Under the pieces are notes generated by a model. The model did no database searches. It was not told where the DNA came from and worked only from the letters and a program-made list of their open reading frames with translations. From the sequence record MT478991.1: a DNA stretch of 64,000 bases. The stretch is one strand, 5' to 3'. Made by a program: the position numbers and the translations under genes. This DNA comes from Escherichia phage vB_EcoM_011D4. This document shows, piece by piece, positions 55,233 through 63,019 of the stretch. The number at the start of each line of letters is the position of its first letter. Positions within the stretch are counted from its first letter, which is position 1.

Positions 55233-56045
55233 TCAATCTACGTTAGTTACATAAACTTCTTGCGTATCAGAAGACTTGCCACCTGAACGGTCTAGGCAAT
55301 AGGTCTTATTCAACAGGACGCAGTTTAAATCATTCCGCTTGATAAAGTCAAGAAGATGATCGTTTACCTTTCCCTTATGATGCGTGACATTACTGATACC
55401 AAACTGAAAACCACGCGCCATAATAGATTCCACCCACCGATAGAATTTAATCTCTTCCTCGTCACTCCAGAACTTATTATATTCCGCAGAAGTGATAAGG
55501 TACGGCGGGTCCAAATAAACGAAATCACCTGGCAAGATCTCGATCTCGTCATAACGACCAGACGTAAAACTGATTCGACCGTCTTTGTTTTCTTCCTTAA
55601 AATTCAGGACACGCTCTACCGCGTTTTCGTTAAAAGTCCGGCGACCAAAATTAGCATTAAATTCGCCCTTTCGGTTATGGCGGTTAATGTTGCTAAAACT
55701 GTGCTGAATCAACACAAACAGCGATAGCGGATCTGGATTCTCGTTATACTTCTTACGGAATGCCATGTAAGCGTCTTTATCATCACGAGACAAACCATTT
55801 TCGGAAATAATCCGATTGATTGTAGAAACCGGATCAGGACACGCATCAATGGCCTTGTAAGCGTCAATTAAACGATGGTCATAGTCATTAGCCAGCACAT
55901 CACCTTCGACGTACAGAGACACGCTCAAACCGCCACAAAAGGCATCAACAAAGCGGTTATAGTGCTTAGGGAAATACTTACTAACACCTGGCAATAGCTT
56001 TTCCTTATTGCCAGTATAGGGAATTAAACCTAATGCTTTCTTCAT
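55233..56045 (-). CDS. dam: DNA adenine methyltransferase (Dam)
   Basis: 270 aa; AdoMet motif FVDAFCGGLSV and catalytic DPPY (YLDPPYL). Confidence 0.85.
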   Translation of the reverse strand: MKKALGLIPYTGNKEKLLPGVSKYFPKHYNRFVDAFCGGLSVSLYVEGDVLANDYDHRLIDAYKAIDACPDPVSTINRIISENGLSRDDKDAYMAFRKKYNENPDPLSLFVLIQHSFSNINRHNRKGEFNANFGRRTFNENAVERVLNFKEENKDGRISFTSGRYDEIEILPGDFVYLDPPYLITSAEYNKFWSDEEEIKFYRWVESIMARGFQFGISNVTHHKGKVNDHLLDFIKRNDLNCVLLNKTYCLDRSGGKSSDTQEVYVTNVD

Positions 56046-56476
56046 TATCCCTTCCTCAAATAAGTTCGCTCAATCTCTACCAGTTCGAAAAAATCTTGCC
56101 AGTCGCAAGGAAAATTGCAGTTTCCGAAATGATCCTCTTTGTAAAGTTCTTTACCGGATGGCAGCTTAATATCTGTTACGCTGTAGTATCCGCAACAATC
56201 GCAATCACCCTCTGTATATTCTGTTTTGGTAGGAATATCCATCATTGCCAGATACAAAGGCACATCGTCTTGCTCAAAGTTCATGTAACCTTCATGGTCG
56301 AATGAAACAAAGTTATCATCACCACCGAAAGGGATATAATGGTCATAATCTGTTACAGGTTGACCGTGTAATTCCCATTCTACAATTTTAACATTACCGC
56401 TAAACTTGATACCCATAATTTCAACAATAAAATGAGTATCGTCAATGTAAATCTTACCAGGAGTTGGATAAACCAT
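56045..56476 (-). CDS. Hypothetical protein (143 aa)
   Basis: ORF; contains a Cys cluster (GDCDCCGYY...CNFPC). Confidence 0.45.
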   Translation of the reverse strand: MVYPTPGKIYIDDTHFIVEIMGIKFSGNVKIVEWELHGQPVTDYDHYIPFGGDDNFVSFDHEGYMNFEQDDVPLYLAMMDIPTKTEYTEGDCDCCGYYSVTDIKLPSGKELYKEDHFGNCNFPCDWQDFFELVEIERTYLRKG

Positions 56477-56486
56477 TATATAATCC

Positions 56487-56783
56487 TCATATCTCAGAGA
56501 ATAGAATCTCTGTTAGCTTCACTGACTGCTCTCTGAATGTTAGCGTATACTCGAAAGGAAAGTCAACACCCAATTTCAAAAGAGAATAGCCTACCGCCTC
56601 TTTATGCTTATCGGTTAGGGCGATCCTAACCAATTCCCGTTGAATCTCTTTAGGCGGTGAATGGATAGTAACACGGGTATCATGTAATGTCCAGTCACCA
56701 TTACGAATCAAGATTAACGGTTTATCGTCATTAAAGATCACCGACCCCTTTCCGGTCGGTGAGTGTTTTATACTAATCATCAA
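56487..56783 (-). CDS. Hypothetical protein (98 aa)
   Basis: Compact - strand ORF. Confidence 0.4.
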   Translation of the reverse strand: MMISIKHSPTGKGSVIFNDDKPLILIRNGDWTLHDTRVTIHSPPKEIQRELVRIALTDKHKEAVGYSLLKLGVDFPFEYTLTFREQSVKLTEILFSEI

Positions 56784-56994
56784 ATTCTAAGAAATATTCT
56801 GGAACGATATAACCGTTAAAGTCATTGCACTTATAAAAATGTGGTGCATTTAATGCTGGATGAGCGTTTGTAAAGAGTTTACCCTCTAGAAACAGAATGT
56901 AATTAATAGGTCTTATACCGACAGAATCAGGGTCTAATCCTTTTTCTCTCAGTTCAGCCAGCGTTAAAACTCGTCCAGATCGTAACTTAGCCAT
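56773..56994 (-). CDS. Hypothetical protein (73 aa)
   Basis: Compact - strand ORF. Confidence 0.4.
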   Translation of the reverse strand: MAKLRSGRVLTLAELREKGLDPDSVGIRPINYILFLEGKLFTNAHPALNAPHFYKCNDFNGYIVPEYFLEFDD

Positions 56995-57280
56995 GATTTA
57001 CCCCCAATTCATCAAGATTGTGTCGCAGCATTTCAGAGTATTTTTCTACTTCCTTAATCTTAGTGTGGATCTCCACGATCTCATCTTCACTATCAGAAAG
57101 TTTAATGGCAATAGCGGTACTGCTTTTACCCGCTTTCATAGTCTCTTTCAGTTCAACCAACAGGTCCGCGTGTTTCAGTAGCAGTTCTTCACGTCGAACA
57201 TAAGCGACGGTCAAAGCCTCATCAGCGATTTCTAAAGCATTTTCAGCGACACCAACAACCATTTTACGAGTAGACAGCAT
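56987..57280 (-). CDS. Hypothetical protein (97 aa)
   Basis: Compact - strand ORF; coiled-coil-like. Confidence 0.4.
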   Translation of the reverse strand: MLSTRKMVVGVAENALEIADEALTVAYVRREELLLKHADLLVELKETMKAGKSSTAIAIKLSDSEDEIVEIHTKIKEVEKYSEMLRHNLDELGVNHG

Positions 57281-57294
57281 AAATTCACCTCACA

Positions 57295-57603
57295 TTATTT
57301 CACGTTAACGCCGCCATCAATCCAGCCGACGCTATTTGGTTTAACAGTTTTACCATAGGATGCATACTTAATCAAGCATGGTTTAACATCATTATCAAAT
57401 CTTCCTAAGCGTACTCCCAAATCAGGAATATCCATGTAAGCGGCTTTATATCCCCATGTACAATATTCAGCATCAATCTCAACCGGACGGCCTTTAAAAG
57501 CATACACTACACCGTAACGGTCAACGATAACATAGCGATAGCCAGCCGGAAGATACACAGTTTCGCCGTAAACTTTAACTGGAGTAGCAGAAGAGATAAA
57601 CAT
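57295..57603 (-). CDS. Hypothetical protein (102 aa)
   Basis: First ORF after the promoter at 57638; GTGAGGAAT RBS. Confidence 0.4.
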   Translation of the reverse strand: MFISSATPVKVYGETVYLPAGYRYVIVDRYGVVYAFKGRPVEIDAEYCTWGYKAAYMDIPDLGVRLGRFDNDVKPCLIKYASYGKTVKPNSVGWIDGGVNVK

Positions 57604-57637
57604 AATATATTCCTCACATCGTTCATTTGATGCGGCT

Positions 57638-57666
57638 ATTATAGGATAACCGCATTTTCATGTCAA
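57638..57666 (-). promoter_or_regulatory. Sigma70-like early promoter (TTGACA-N17-TATAAT) with -10 inside an inverted repeat
   Basis: - strand TTGACAtgaaaatgcggttatccTATAATagccgc; GCGGTTA..TAGCCGC flanks the -10. Confidence 0.6.
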
Positions 57667-57672
57667 CAGTTT

Positions 57673-58035
57673 TTAAAAATCTTCTTCCGGTTTATATCGA
57701 CCGTCGTCTTCTTGTTTTGGGCTGAATCCGGTATGTTTGCGCGGCTTCGCTTCCGGTTTACCCGCAATCATCAAACCAAAACATTTCAGCCCCTTATAAC
57801 ACATAACAATATAAACTACTGTCCACGTTATAGGCCAGATGATTGCGGCAATACAAAATGCTCCTGTATCGACCTCTTTCGTGTCCTTATCGAATCTGGC
57901 ATACAAGCAGAATATAAGATACGAGATCATTGCACCCGTAGGCCAGATATAAAGCACATTAACAATATCTTGTGTTGTCACATTGTCCTCCTTACATGTC
58001 TTGCAGTGCGTAGAAGCATTTTTCTTCATAGTCAT
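57673..58035 (-). CDS. Predicted membrane protein (about 120 aa)
   Basis: Two hydrophobic helices (AMISYLIFCLYA, AAIIWPITWTVVYIVMCY); track start is TTG, ATG at 58035; overlaps the upstream gene's 3' end. Confidence 0.4.
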   Translation of the reverse strand: MTMKKNASTHCKTCKEDNVTTQDIVNVLYIWPTGAMISYLIFCLYARFDKDTKEVDTGAFCIAAIIWPITWTVVYIVMCYKGLKCFGLMIAGKPEAKPRKHTGFSPKQEDDGRYKPEEDF

Positions 58036-58270
58036 AGAAAATGTCAAAGTATGCTTTTTCTACATACTCGCCATTGATCCAAGCGGCAGTAACAATCAGG
58101 GTAGTCCAGTTAGATCCGCTCTCAACGGTAAAGGTTTTAATACCCAGCTTCACAGCAAGGTCACGCGCAAACTGGTCGCAACCACGGCAGGAAGTGATAT
58201 TGGAAGTTTTGATTTTGATGCCACCGCGAGTTTTAGAAATTTCTACTTTAGCGAAAGACAGGTTGCTCAT
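57992..58270 (-). CDS. Hypothetical protein (92 aa)
   Basis: ATG at 58270 with CTTAAGGAGAATCAAA leader; the track start lies upstream of the predicted transcription start. Confidence 0.4.
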   Translation of the reverse strand: MSNLSFAKVEISKTRGGIKIKTSNITSCRGCDQFARDLAVKLGIKTFTVESGSNWTTLIVTAAWINGEYVEKAYFDIFYDYEEKCFYALQDM

Positions 58271-58313
58271 TTTGATTCTCCTTAAGAAAAGTGTGTTTCG
58301 TTTTGATGTGTGT

Positions 58314-58342
58314 AGTATAGGGGATACGCGATCCCCTGTCAA
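58314..58342 (-). promoter_or_regulatory. Sigma70-like early promoter (TTGACA-N17-TATACT) with spacer palindrome
   Basis: - strand TTGACAggggatcgcgtatccccTATACT; spacer palindrome GGGGAT-CGCGT-ATCCCC as at 48616. Confidence 0.55.
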
Positions 58343-58357
58343 CAACTTTTTATGATT

Positions 58358-58678
58358 TTAGTGAATTAACTCTACACCAAAATGAGGCACAGAGAACGCC
58401 TTACGAAACACATATTCATCATGTTTAGGGATCGCCCCTAACCTCTCTATTTCGCTCGCCATAACGATAAACTGTTTATCTGGTGCATATGCCTTGTGTG
58501 CTTCAACAACGCACGGAAAACGCGTTTTAGAGAGTTCTGGATAGTTTTCTGAATCCAGAAGGACGATGAATACCCTATTACATTGATTGTAGAATCCTGT
58601 TTTTGATTTCATCAAGTTTTTTTCTATGTACATTTCGTGCAATCTTCCTTTCATGATTTCGTTGGTTCTTGTCTTCAC
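58358..58678 (-). CDS. Hypothetical protein; 5' end uncertain (overlaps upstream ORF by about 100 nt)
   Basis: Track start is GTG; internal ATGs at 58654, 58633 and 58612 lack strong RBS; possible frameshift partner of 58578..58916. Confidence 0.3.
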   Translation of the reverse strand: MKTRTNEIMKGRLHEMYIEKNLMKSKTGFYNQCNRVFIVLLDSENYPELSKTRFPCVVEAHKAYAPDKQFIVMASEIERLGAIPKHDEYVFRKAFSVPHFGVELIH

Positions 58679-58916
58679 AGTTTACCCACTCAACAAGATC
58701 TTTACCTAACTCGAAAGCCCATTCTCGGTCTTGCTTTACGTTTTGTAGGTATGGGCTTTCCGACACTCGACGAAGTGATCTTGTCGTAACAAGAATGATC
58801 CCAGGAATGGTCGGATGTTCTTTTCCATATACAATAGGACGCGAGTCACTATCAATACCTTGTAAGAAGGTGTATCCTGAATCACTTAGAATCATATACT
58901 TTTTCATTTCACACAT
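58578..58916 (-). CDS. Hypothetical protein (112 aa)
   Basis: ATG at 58916 overlaps the upstream stop; basic C-terminal tail overlaps the next ORF in another frame. Confidence 0.4.
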   Translation of the reverse strand: MCEMKKYMILSDSGYTFLQGIDSDSRPIVYGKEHPTIPGIILVTTRSLRRVSESPYLQNVKQDREWAFELGKDLVEWVNCEDKNQRNHERKIARNVHRKKLDEIKNRILQSM

Positions 58917-59173
58917 CACAGATTCCTCAACCAGTTATTAAAGCGAGCAAACCATGATGCTTTTCGTGCTTCTTTTACTTTATGTGCACGAAAACCACTG
59001 AAACACCATTCATAATCATCACCGAAACATGATTCAACAGGAACACCCGCATTTCGTAGTTCTCTGGTCTTTATCATGAATCCTTGACATAAGGGTCGAC
59101 CTTCAACAATGATAGGAAGTTTAACTTTTTCCATGAAATTATACCCAGCACGGTCAATAATTTCAATCTTCAT
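58916..59173 (-). CDS. Hypothetical protein; small paralog family B
   Basis: MKIEIIDRAGYNFMEKVKLPIIVEGR...AGVPVE; paralog of 59192..59389 and 61743..61964. Confidence 0.45.
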   Translation of the reverse strand: MKIEIIDRAGYNFMEKVKLPIIVEGRPLCQGFMIKTRELRNAGVPVESCFGDDYEWCFSGFRAHKVKEARKASWFARFNNWLRNL

Positions 59174-59191
59174 AATATAATCCTCAATTAG

Positions 59192-59389
59192 TTATACCGC
59201 CCAGGCTTCATTTGCACGAAAACACCATTCATACTCAGGAAAATAACCTTTAATTGGCACGCCAGCTTTTTGTAGTTCCTGCGTTTCTACAAGATAATCA
59301 AGCCCATAACGACGACCTTCCACGATGATAGGAAGTTTAACGCCATTCATGAAAGAAAATCCACCATCATCAATAATTTCAATTTTCAT
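59192..59389 (-). CDS. Hypothetical protein; small paralog family B
   Basis: MKIEIIDDGGFSFMNGVKLPIIVEGR...AGVPIK; tandem to 58916..59173. Confidence 0.45.
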   Translation of the reverse strand: MKIEIIDDGGFSFMNGVKLPIIVEGRRYGLDYLVETQELQKAGVPIKGYFPEYEWCFRANEAWAV

Positions 59390-59633
59390 TTACATTGTCT
59401 CCATAGATCTTTCCAGCAATATCAATTTCACCAGCGCGAACATCTAGGATAAGATGCGGTAGGTGTATGCAGTTTTCCCACCCTACGCGCTTCATTTCTT
59501 CTACGGTAACGTAAGCCCACCCGTTCGCTGTAATAAAGTCTACTTCAACCTTGAGAGGAAAGCAAGACTTTTCTATGTCTTCGAATCCGACAATATGTTT
59601 TGTTGTTGAATATGGAATATATCCGGTGATCAT
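59379..59633 (-). CDS. Hypothetical protein (84 aa)
   Basis: Compact - strand ORF. Confidence 0.4.
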   Translation of the reverse strand: MITGYIPYSTTKHIVGFEDIEKSCFPLKVEVDFITANGWAYVTVEEMKRVGWENCIHLPHLILDVRAGEIDIAGKIYGDNVNEN

Positions 59634-60064
59634 TTTGTGATCTCCTTATACTCAACACACCATAAGCGGGTAGCCCATGATAAACGCTCATAACGCTGGC
59701 AGAAATCGGACCATAGATATTGTGTACCGTCTTGCATAGTTGAAATATGCGTTTTCTCTCCTACTTTCACGAAAGAAGTATTCGATTTTGTGATCTCGAC
59801 AGGAGTATATCCGAAAGCTGGTTCCAAGTCAACATCTGAACTAAATGCCAATTTAACAGAATTTGTTTTTCTGACCGCTGTCCGGTTTCCTTCTGGGTAT
59901 AGCACAGCAGGTTTAGCGCCTAAGCGGATAAACTCAGTATTTTTAATGAACAGAATATCATGATAACCGTCATATTCCGACACTTCCATAGTAACAGGAA
60001 AATCGATATGTGTTAAACCTGGTAGATCTCGCATGTCATGAAATGTAGCCATCAACTTTTTCAT
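59630..60064 (-). CDS. Hypothetical protein (144 aa)
   Basis: GAGGAA RBS; C-terminal half (PAFGYTPVEITKSNTSFVKVGEKTHISTM...YLWSDFC) is duplicated in the next gene. Confidence 0.45.
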   Translation of the reverse strand: MKKLMATFHDMRDLPGLTHIDFPVTMEVSEYDGYHDILFIKNTEFIRLGAKPAVLYPEGNRTAVRKTNSVKLAFSSDVDLEPAFGYTPVEITKSNTSFVKVGEKTHISTMQDGTQYLWSDFCQRYERLSWATRLWCVEYKEITK

Positions 60065-60114
60065 TTTGTATTCCTCACTCTTCTGTAATTACTTCATATT
60101 CAATTTTCCATACA

Positions 60115-60294
60115 TCAATCGCCCAGCTTAAAAAGCTCATACGATTTACAGAAAGATGACCAAATATACTGTTTTCCGTGCATCGTTGTTATGTGTGTAC
60201 GCTCGCCAACCTCAACGAAAGACATATTTGACTTTGTGATAACTATAGGAATGCGACCGAAAGCTGGCGGTATTACTGATTCGTTGGTCTTCAT
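60115..60294 (-). CDS. Hypothetical protein (59 aa); partial duplicate of 59630..60064
   Basis: PAFGRIPIVITKSNMSFVEVGERTHITTMHGKQYIWSSFC matches the neighbour's C-terminus; identical 16-nt RBS context ACAGAAGAGTGAGGAA. Confidence 0.35.
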   Translation of the reverse strand: MKTNESVIPPAFGRIPIVITKSNMSFVEVGERTHITTMHGKQYIWSSFCKSYELFKLGD

Positions 60295-60304
60295 TCTATG
60301 TTCC

Positions 60305-60502
60305 TCACTCTTCTGTTTCATTTCTTTTATATGGTACTATAACAGGATTAATACAGCAAGCACCAATTACGTTATGAGCACCACAATTTAAGCATTTATA
60401 ATCATGGAACTTATTAAGGAATCGCCCGAACTCATAACCGACTAGCGCCGCATGTACTTGAGTCTCGATCTCATCCATATCAGCCAATGTTTTAACCCTC
60501 AT
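60305..60502 (-). CDS. Small Cys-rich protein (about 65 aa)
   Basis: ATG at 60502 with TGAGGA RBS; contains CLNCG...GACC, a likely Zn-binding cluster. Confidence 0.4.
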   Translation of the reverse strand: MRVKTLADMDEIETQVHAALVGYEFGRFLNKFHDYKCLNCGAHNVIGACCINPVIVPYKRNETEE

Positions 60503-60512
60503 ATTATAATCC

Positions 60513-60803
60513 TCAAATGGTAGTTTTGCGAAGATGGTCATTACATGCTTTTAATGCATCAGTCGCGGTGTCATAGCGAGTATTATCATAGCACCAGTAA
60601 CCATCTGTCAACTGATAAATTAATCCATCCTTTTTAGCTTCGATGAAAGATAACTCTTTGAAAGTTTCTACTTTCTTTACGGATACTCCACGGTCACGGC
60701 GCTCATAGAGTTTAGCTAAAATGCGTTCAGCCTGTTCCTCTTTATCACCAGACAGATCCCAAATAATGTTGCGGATATGTTTGATTAATTGTTCAGCGGT
60801 CAT
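60513..60803 (-). CDS. Hypothetical protein (96 aa)
   Basis: First ORF after the promoter at 60833; CTAAGGAGAATCAAAG leader. Confidence 0.4.
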   Translation of the reverse strand: MTAEQLIKHIRNIIWDLSGDKEEQAERILAKLYERRDRGVSVKKVETFKELSFIEAKKDGLIYQLTDGYWCYDNTRYDTATDALKACNDHLRKTTI

Positions 60804-60832
60804 CTTTGATTCTCCTTAGTTGTTATGTGTGC

Positions 60833-60860
60833 ATTATAGCACTATGATTTTCATTGTCAA
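60833..60860 (-). promoter_or_regulatory. Sigma70-like early promoter (TTGACA-N16-TATAAT)
   Basis: - strand TTGACAatgaaaatcatagtgcTATAATgcacacat. Confidence 0.6.
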
Positions 60861-60863
60861 CAC

Positions 60864-60899
60864 CCAAAAAACAAAAAAGGCTATCCCGAAGGATAGCCC
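60864..60899 (-). terminator. Rho-independent terminator downstream of the glycine-rich gene
   Basis: - strand GGCTATCC-TTCG-GGATAGCC followed by TTTTTTGTTTTTT, 7 nt after the stop at 60906. Confidence 0.65.
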
Positions 60900-60905
60900 A
60901 TAAAA

Positions 60906-61688
60906 TTACACGCGAGCACCGTAGATCGTGCCTACTTTATCCCAGCGAGGGGCATTGCCAGTAACAGCCTTACCAGCCGCACCGCCATTATATTCCGATC
61001 CCTGTCCACGGATATTACATTTACCACCAGCACCGCCAGCATCACCACCGTTACCGCCATTATATACACCGTTGACAGACCCTTTACCTGGCGCGGAAAT
61101 AGTACCAGCAGTAGCACCCCGTTCCATATTAGCAGACCCACCAGCAGCACCAAATGGACGACCGCCACCACCACCAAAGGTTAATTTCATTTGTGGCATA
61201 GGAGAATAATACCCACCACCGCCACCACCACCACCGCCACCACAAATAGCGCCGTTATTTGTGATGCGTAAGCGTGTGCCTATACCGTTGTTAATTGCAT
61301 TACCACCAGCACCACCAGCGGAGTTATTGCCACCATTACCACCACGCCCCCAAACATGAACACCGGAGTTAATGATCAATGTTACATATTCATTTGTTAA
61401 CGAGCTAGGGAAGTCAAGACAAGGAACGCCAGTAGATTGGGAAACAATATTACCAGTGATAGTAATTACTACCGGAGTAGATCCCTGTGCTTTCATCCAG
61501 TTAATAAGCGTATCTTTATTGTAACTATTACTAGCGCCAATGCTATAATGAATCTCTTTAGAGCGTCCGACCATTGCCGACATATACGCCGGACGACCTA
61601 AGCGAACAGCTTGCATTGCGGCGCTCATCCACCGTTGACCAGTCTCGGACACAGCAGATGATCCTACCCATCCAGAAGATATTGCCAT
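60906..61688 (-). CDS. 38: Glycine-rich protein resembling T2-type gp38 tail-fibre adhesin
   Basis: 260 aa; N-terminus GWVGSSAVSETGQRWMS resembles the gp38 attachment domain as recalled; C-terminal half has repeated glycine-rich motifs (GRGGNGG, a run of ten Gly, FGGGGGRPFG, GGNGGDAGGAGG); TGAGGA RBS. Confidence 0.5.
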   Translation of the reverse strand: MAISSGWVGSSAVSETGQRWMSAAMQAVRLGRPAYMSAMVGRSKEIHYSIGASNSYNKDTLINWMKAQGSTPVVITITGNIVSQSTGVPCLDFPSSLTNEYVTLIINSGVHVWGRGGNGGNNSAGGAGGNAINNGIGTRLRITNNGAICGGGGGGGGGGYYSPMPQMKLTFGGGGGRPFGAAGGSANMERGATAGTISAPGKGSVNGVYNGGNGGDAGGAGGKCNIRGQGSEYNGGAAGKAVTGNAPRWDKVGTIYGARV

Positions 61689-61699
61689 AAAGTTTCCTC

Positions 61700-61724
61700 A
61701 CAAGAAAAGCCCCATTTAAGGGGC
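61700..61724 (-). terminator. Hairpin plus T-run upstream of the glycine-rich gene
   Basis: - strand GCCCC-TTAAAT-GGGGC followed by TTTTCTT. Confidence 0.45.
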
Positions 61725-61742
61725 ATTGATTAATAATATTAC

Positions 61743-61964
61743 TTAGATGACCTCTGCTTCTCCATTCAGGAAGAAAGACCAAGTTTTGTTTGGGTAACGA
61801 AGCGCCCATGATTCAGCAGTTTTAACACCAGCTTCGAACAATTGACGGCTGGTCACTTTAGCCATACCATCTTCGATGGCAACGTTTTCAATAATCATCG
61901 GGTACTTAGCTCCACGCATGAAACCGAAACCAGCGGAAGATTTGATAATTTTAACAGTTGCCAT
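61743..61964 (-). CDS. Hypothetical protein; small paralog family B
   Basis: MATVKIIKSSAGFGFMRGAKYPMIIEN...EAGVK aligns with the 58916/59192 pair; CTAGGAGAATCAAAA leader. Confidence 0.45.
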   Translation of the reverse strand: MATVKIIKSSAGFGFMRGAKYPMIIENVAIEDGMAKVTSRQLFEAGVKTAESWALRYPNKTWSFFLNGEAEVI

Positions 61965-62005
61965 TTTTGATTCTCCTAGAAAGTGTATCTCGTTTCGATG
62001 GGTGT

Positions 62006-62034
62006 ATTATGCAATGACACCGGATCGCTGTCAA
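62006..62034 (-). promoter_or_regulatory. Sigma70-like early promoter (TTGACA-N17-CATAAT)
   Basis: - strand TTGACAgcgatccggtgtcattgCATAATacacccatc; -10/+1 region nearly identical to the promoter at 11416. Confidence 0.55.
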
Positions 62035-62052
62035 CACTTTCTAAGAAAAAAT

Positions 62053-62337
62053 TTAAATTAATCGAATATAGCCCAGAATTTCAGCGCCTTTAGCCAGTCC
62101 TAAAACTTCCCATTCAAGGTCGCCGTAGTCATAATTTGCAACCATCAACTGACCATTTTTCATGCAGCAATCATGAGAGAAAATTTGCCCCGCATAAACT
62201 ACGATAGTAATAAACTTTCCTGATTCTGGCGGTGTGGAAGACAAAGCGACCATATGACCATTCAGCTTAGTCACCAGTGATGGAACAATAAAATTCGGGC
62301 TTATCTGAATACAGTTAAATTCGTTTGTGTCTTTCAT
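62053..62337 (-). CDS. Hypothetical protein (94 aa)
   Basis: Compact - strand ORF. Confidence 0.4.
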   Translation of the reverse strand: MKDTNEFNCIQISPNFIVPSLVTKLNGHMVALSSTPPESGKFITIVVYAGQIFSHDCCMKNGQLMVANYDYGDLEWEVLGLAKGAEILGYIRLI

Positions 62338-62684
62338 GCCAGACCTCGCAAAACACTAATAGCATAATCATGCTGGTTATTCATAATATCAATTGCATTG
62401 TGATAACGAGCTAAACCATCAAGGATAAATTCTTGTTTATCCTGTTTCAGTTTGGTATCACGCGCAGCCATAAGAGCATCAAGAACAGGTCCAAAGTGAT
62501 TATCTAATTCATCTTCGGTTGCAATGTTTCCTATTGCCTCGTCGATCCGTGATTCTAATGCTTGCTTTTCGTTGATCACTTGCTGGGTATATTCCAACAC
62601 ATCAAGAATATCGCGGGTAACGTCGCCATGATAAGGTATTCCCGCGTGAATATGATCAATTAATCGCTGAATATCAATGTTCAA
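62334..62684 (-). CDS. Hypothetical protein (116 aa)
   Basis: Compact - strand ORF; stop overlaps the next start. Confidence 0.4.
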   Translation of the reverse strand: MNIDIQRLIDHIHAGIPYHGDVTRDILDVLEYTQQVINEKQALESRIDEAIGNIATEDELDNHFGPVLDALMAARDTKLKQDKQEFILDGLARYHNAIDIMNNQHDYAISVLRGLA

Positions 62685-63019
62685 TTGTAACCCTCCTCTG
62701 AAAGTACATCCCAGATCGTTGCGTCAAGGTGCATTAAATTCCACATAATAGAGTCATAACTACCGAAGCCAGAAGTAAAAATTACATCACACTGACGATA
62801 GGTCTTATGAAAATCGGTAGCTGTCTCTGCATCAATCGGCATATCGTCACCGGAAAGCACCAGACATTTAAGAATCATAACCCTGTTAGCCGTTGGCGCT
62901 TGCTTAGTCTTTTCAGCATATTTTTCGATGATCCGTTTTGCCTTTTCTTCTTTGATACGTCCAGACCAAATCCGGTTTCTATATTGATTCATAATAATTT
63001 CAATCACATCATTTTGCAT
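62681..63019 (-). CDS. Hypothetical protein (112 aa)
   Basis: Compact - strand ORF. Confidence 0.4.
   Translation of the reverse strand: MQNDVIEIIMNQYRNRIWSGRIKEEKAKRIIEKYAEKTKQAPTANRVMILKCLVLSGDDMPIDAETATDFHKTYRQCDVIFTSGFGSYDSIMWNLMHLDATIWDVLSEEGYN

Noticed and set aside
60906-61688. Poly-glycine codon run (ten consecutive Gly) considered as a sequencing or assembly artefact.
   Set aside because: The reading frame is maintained across the run and into conserved-looking flanking motifs with a proper RBS and terminator.
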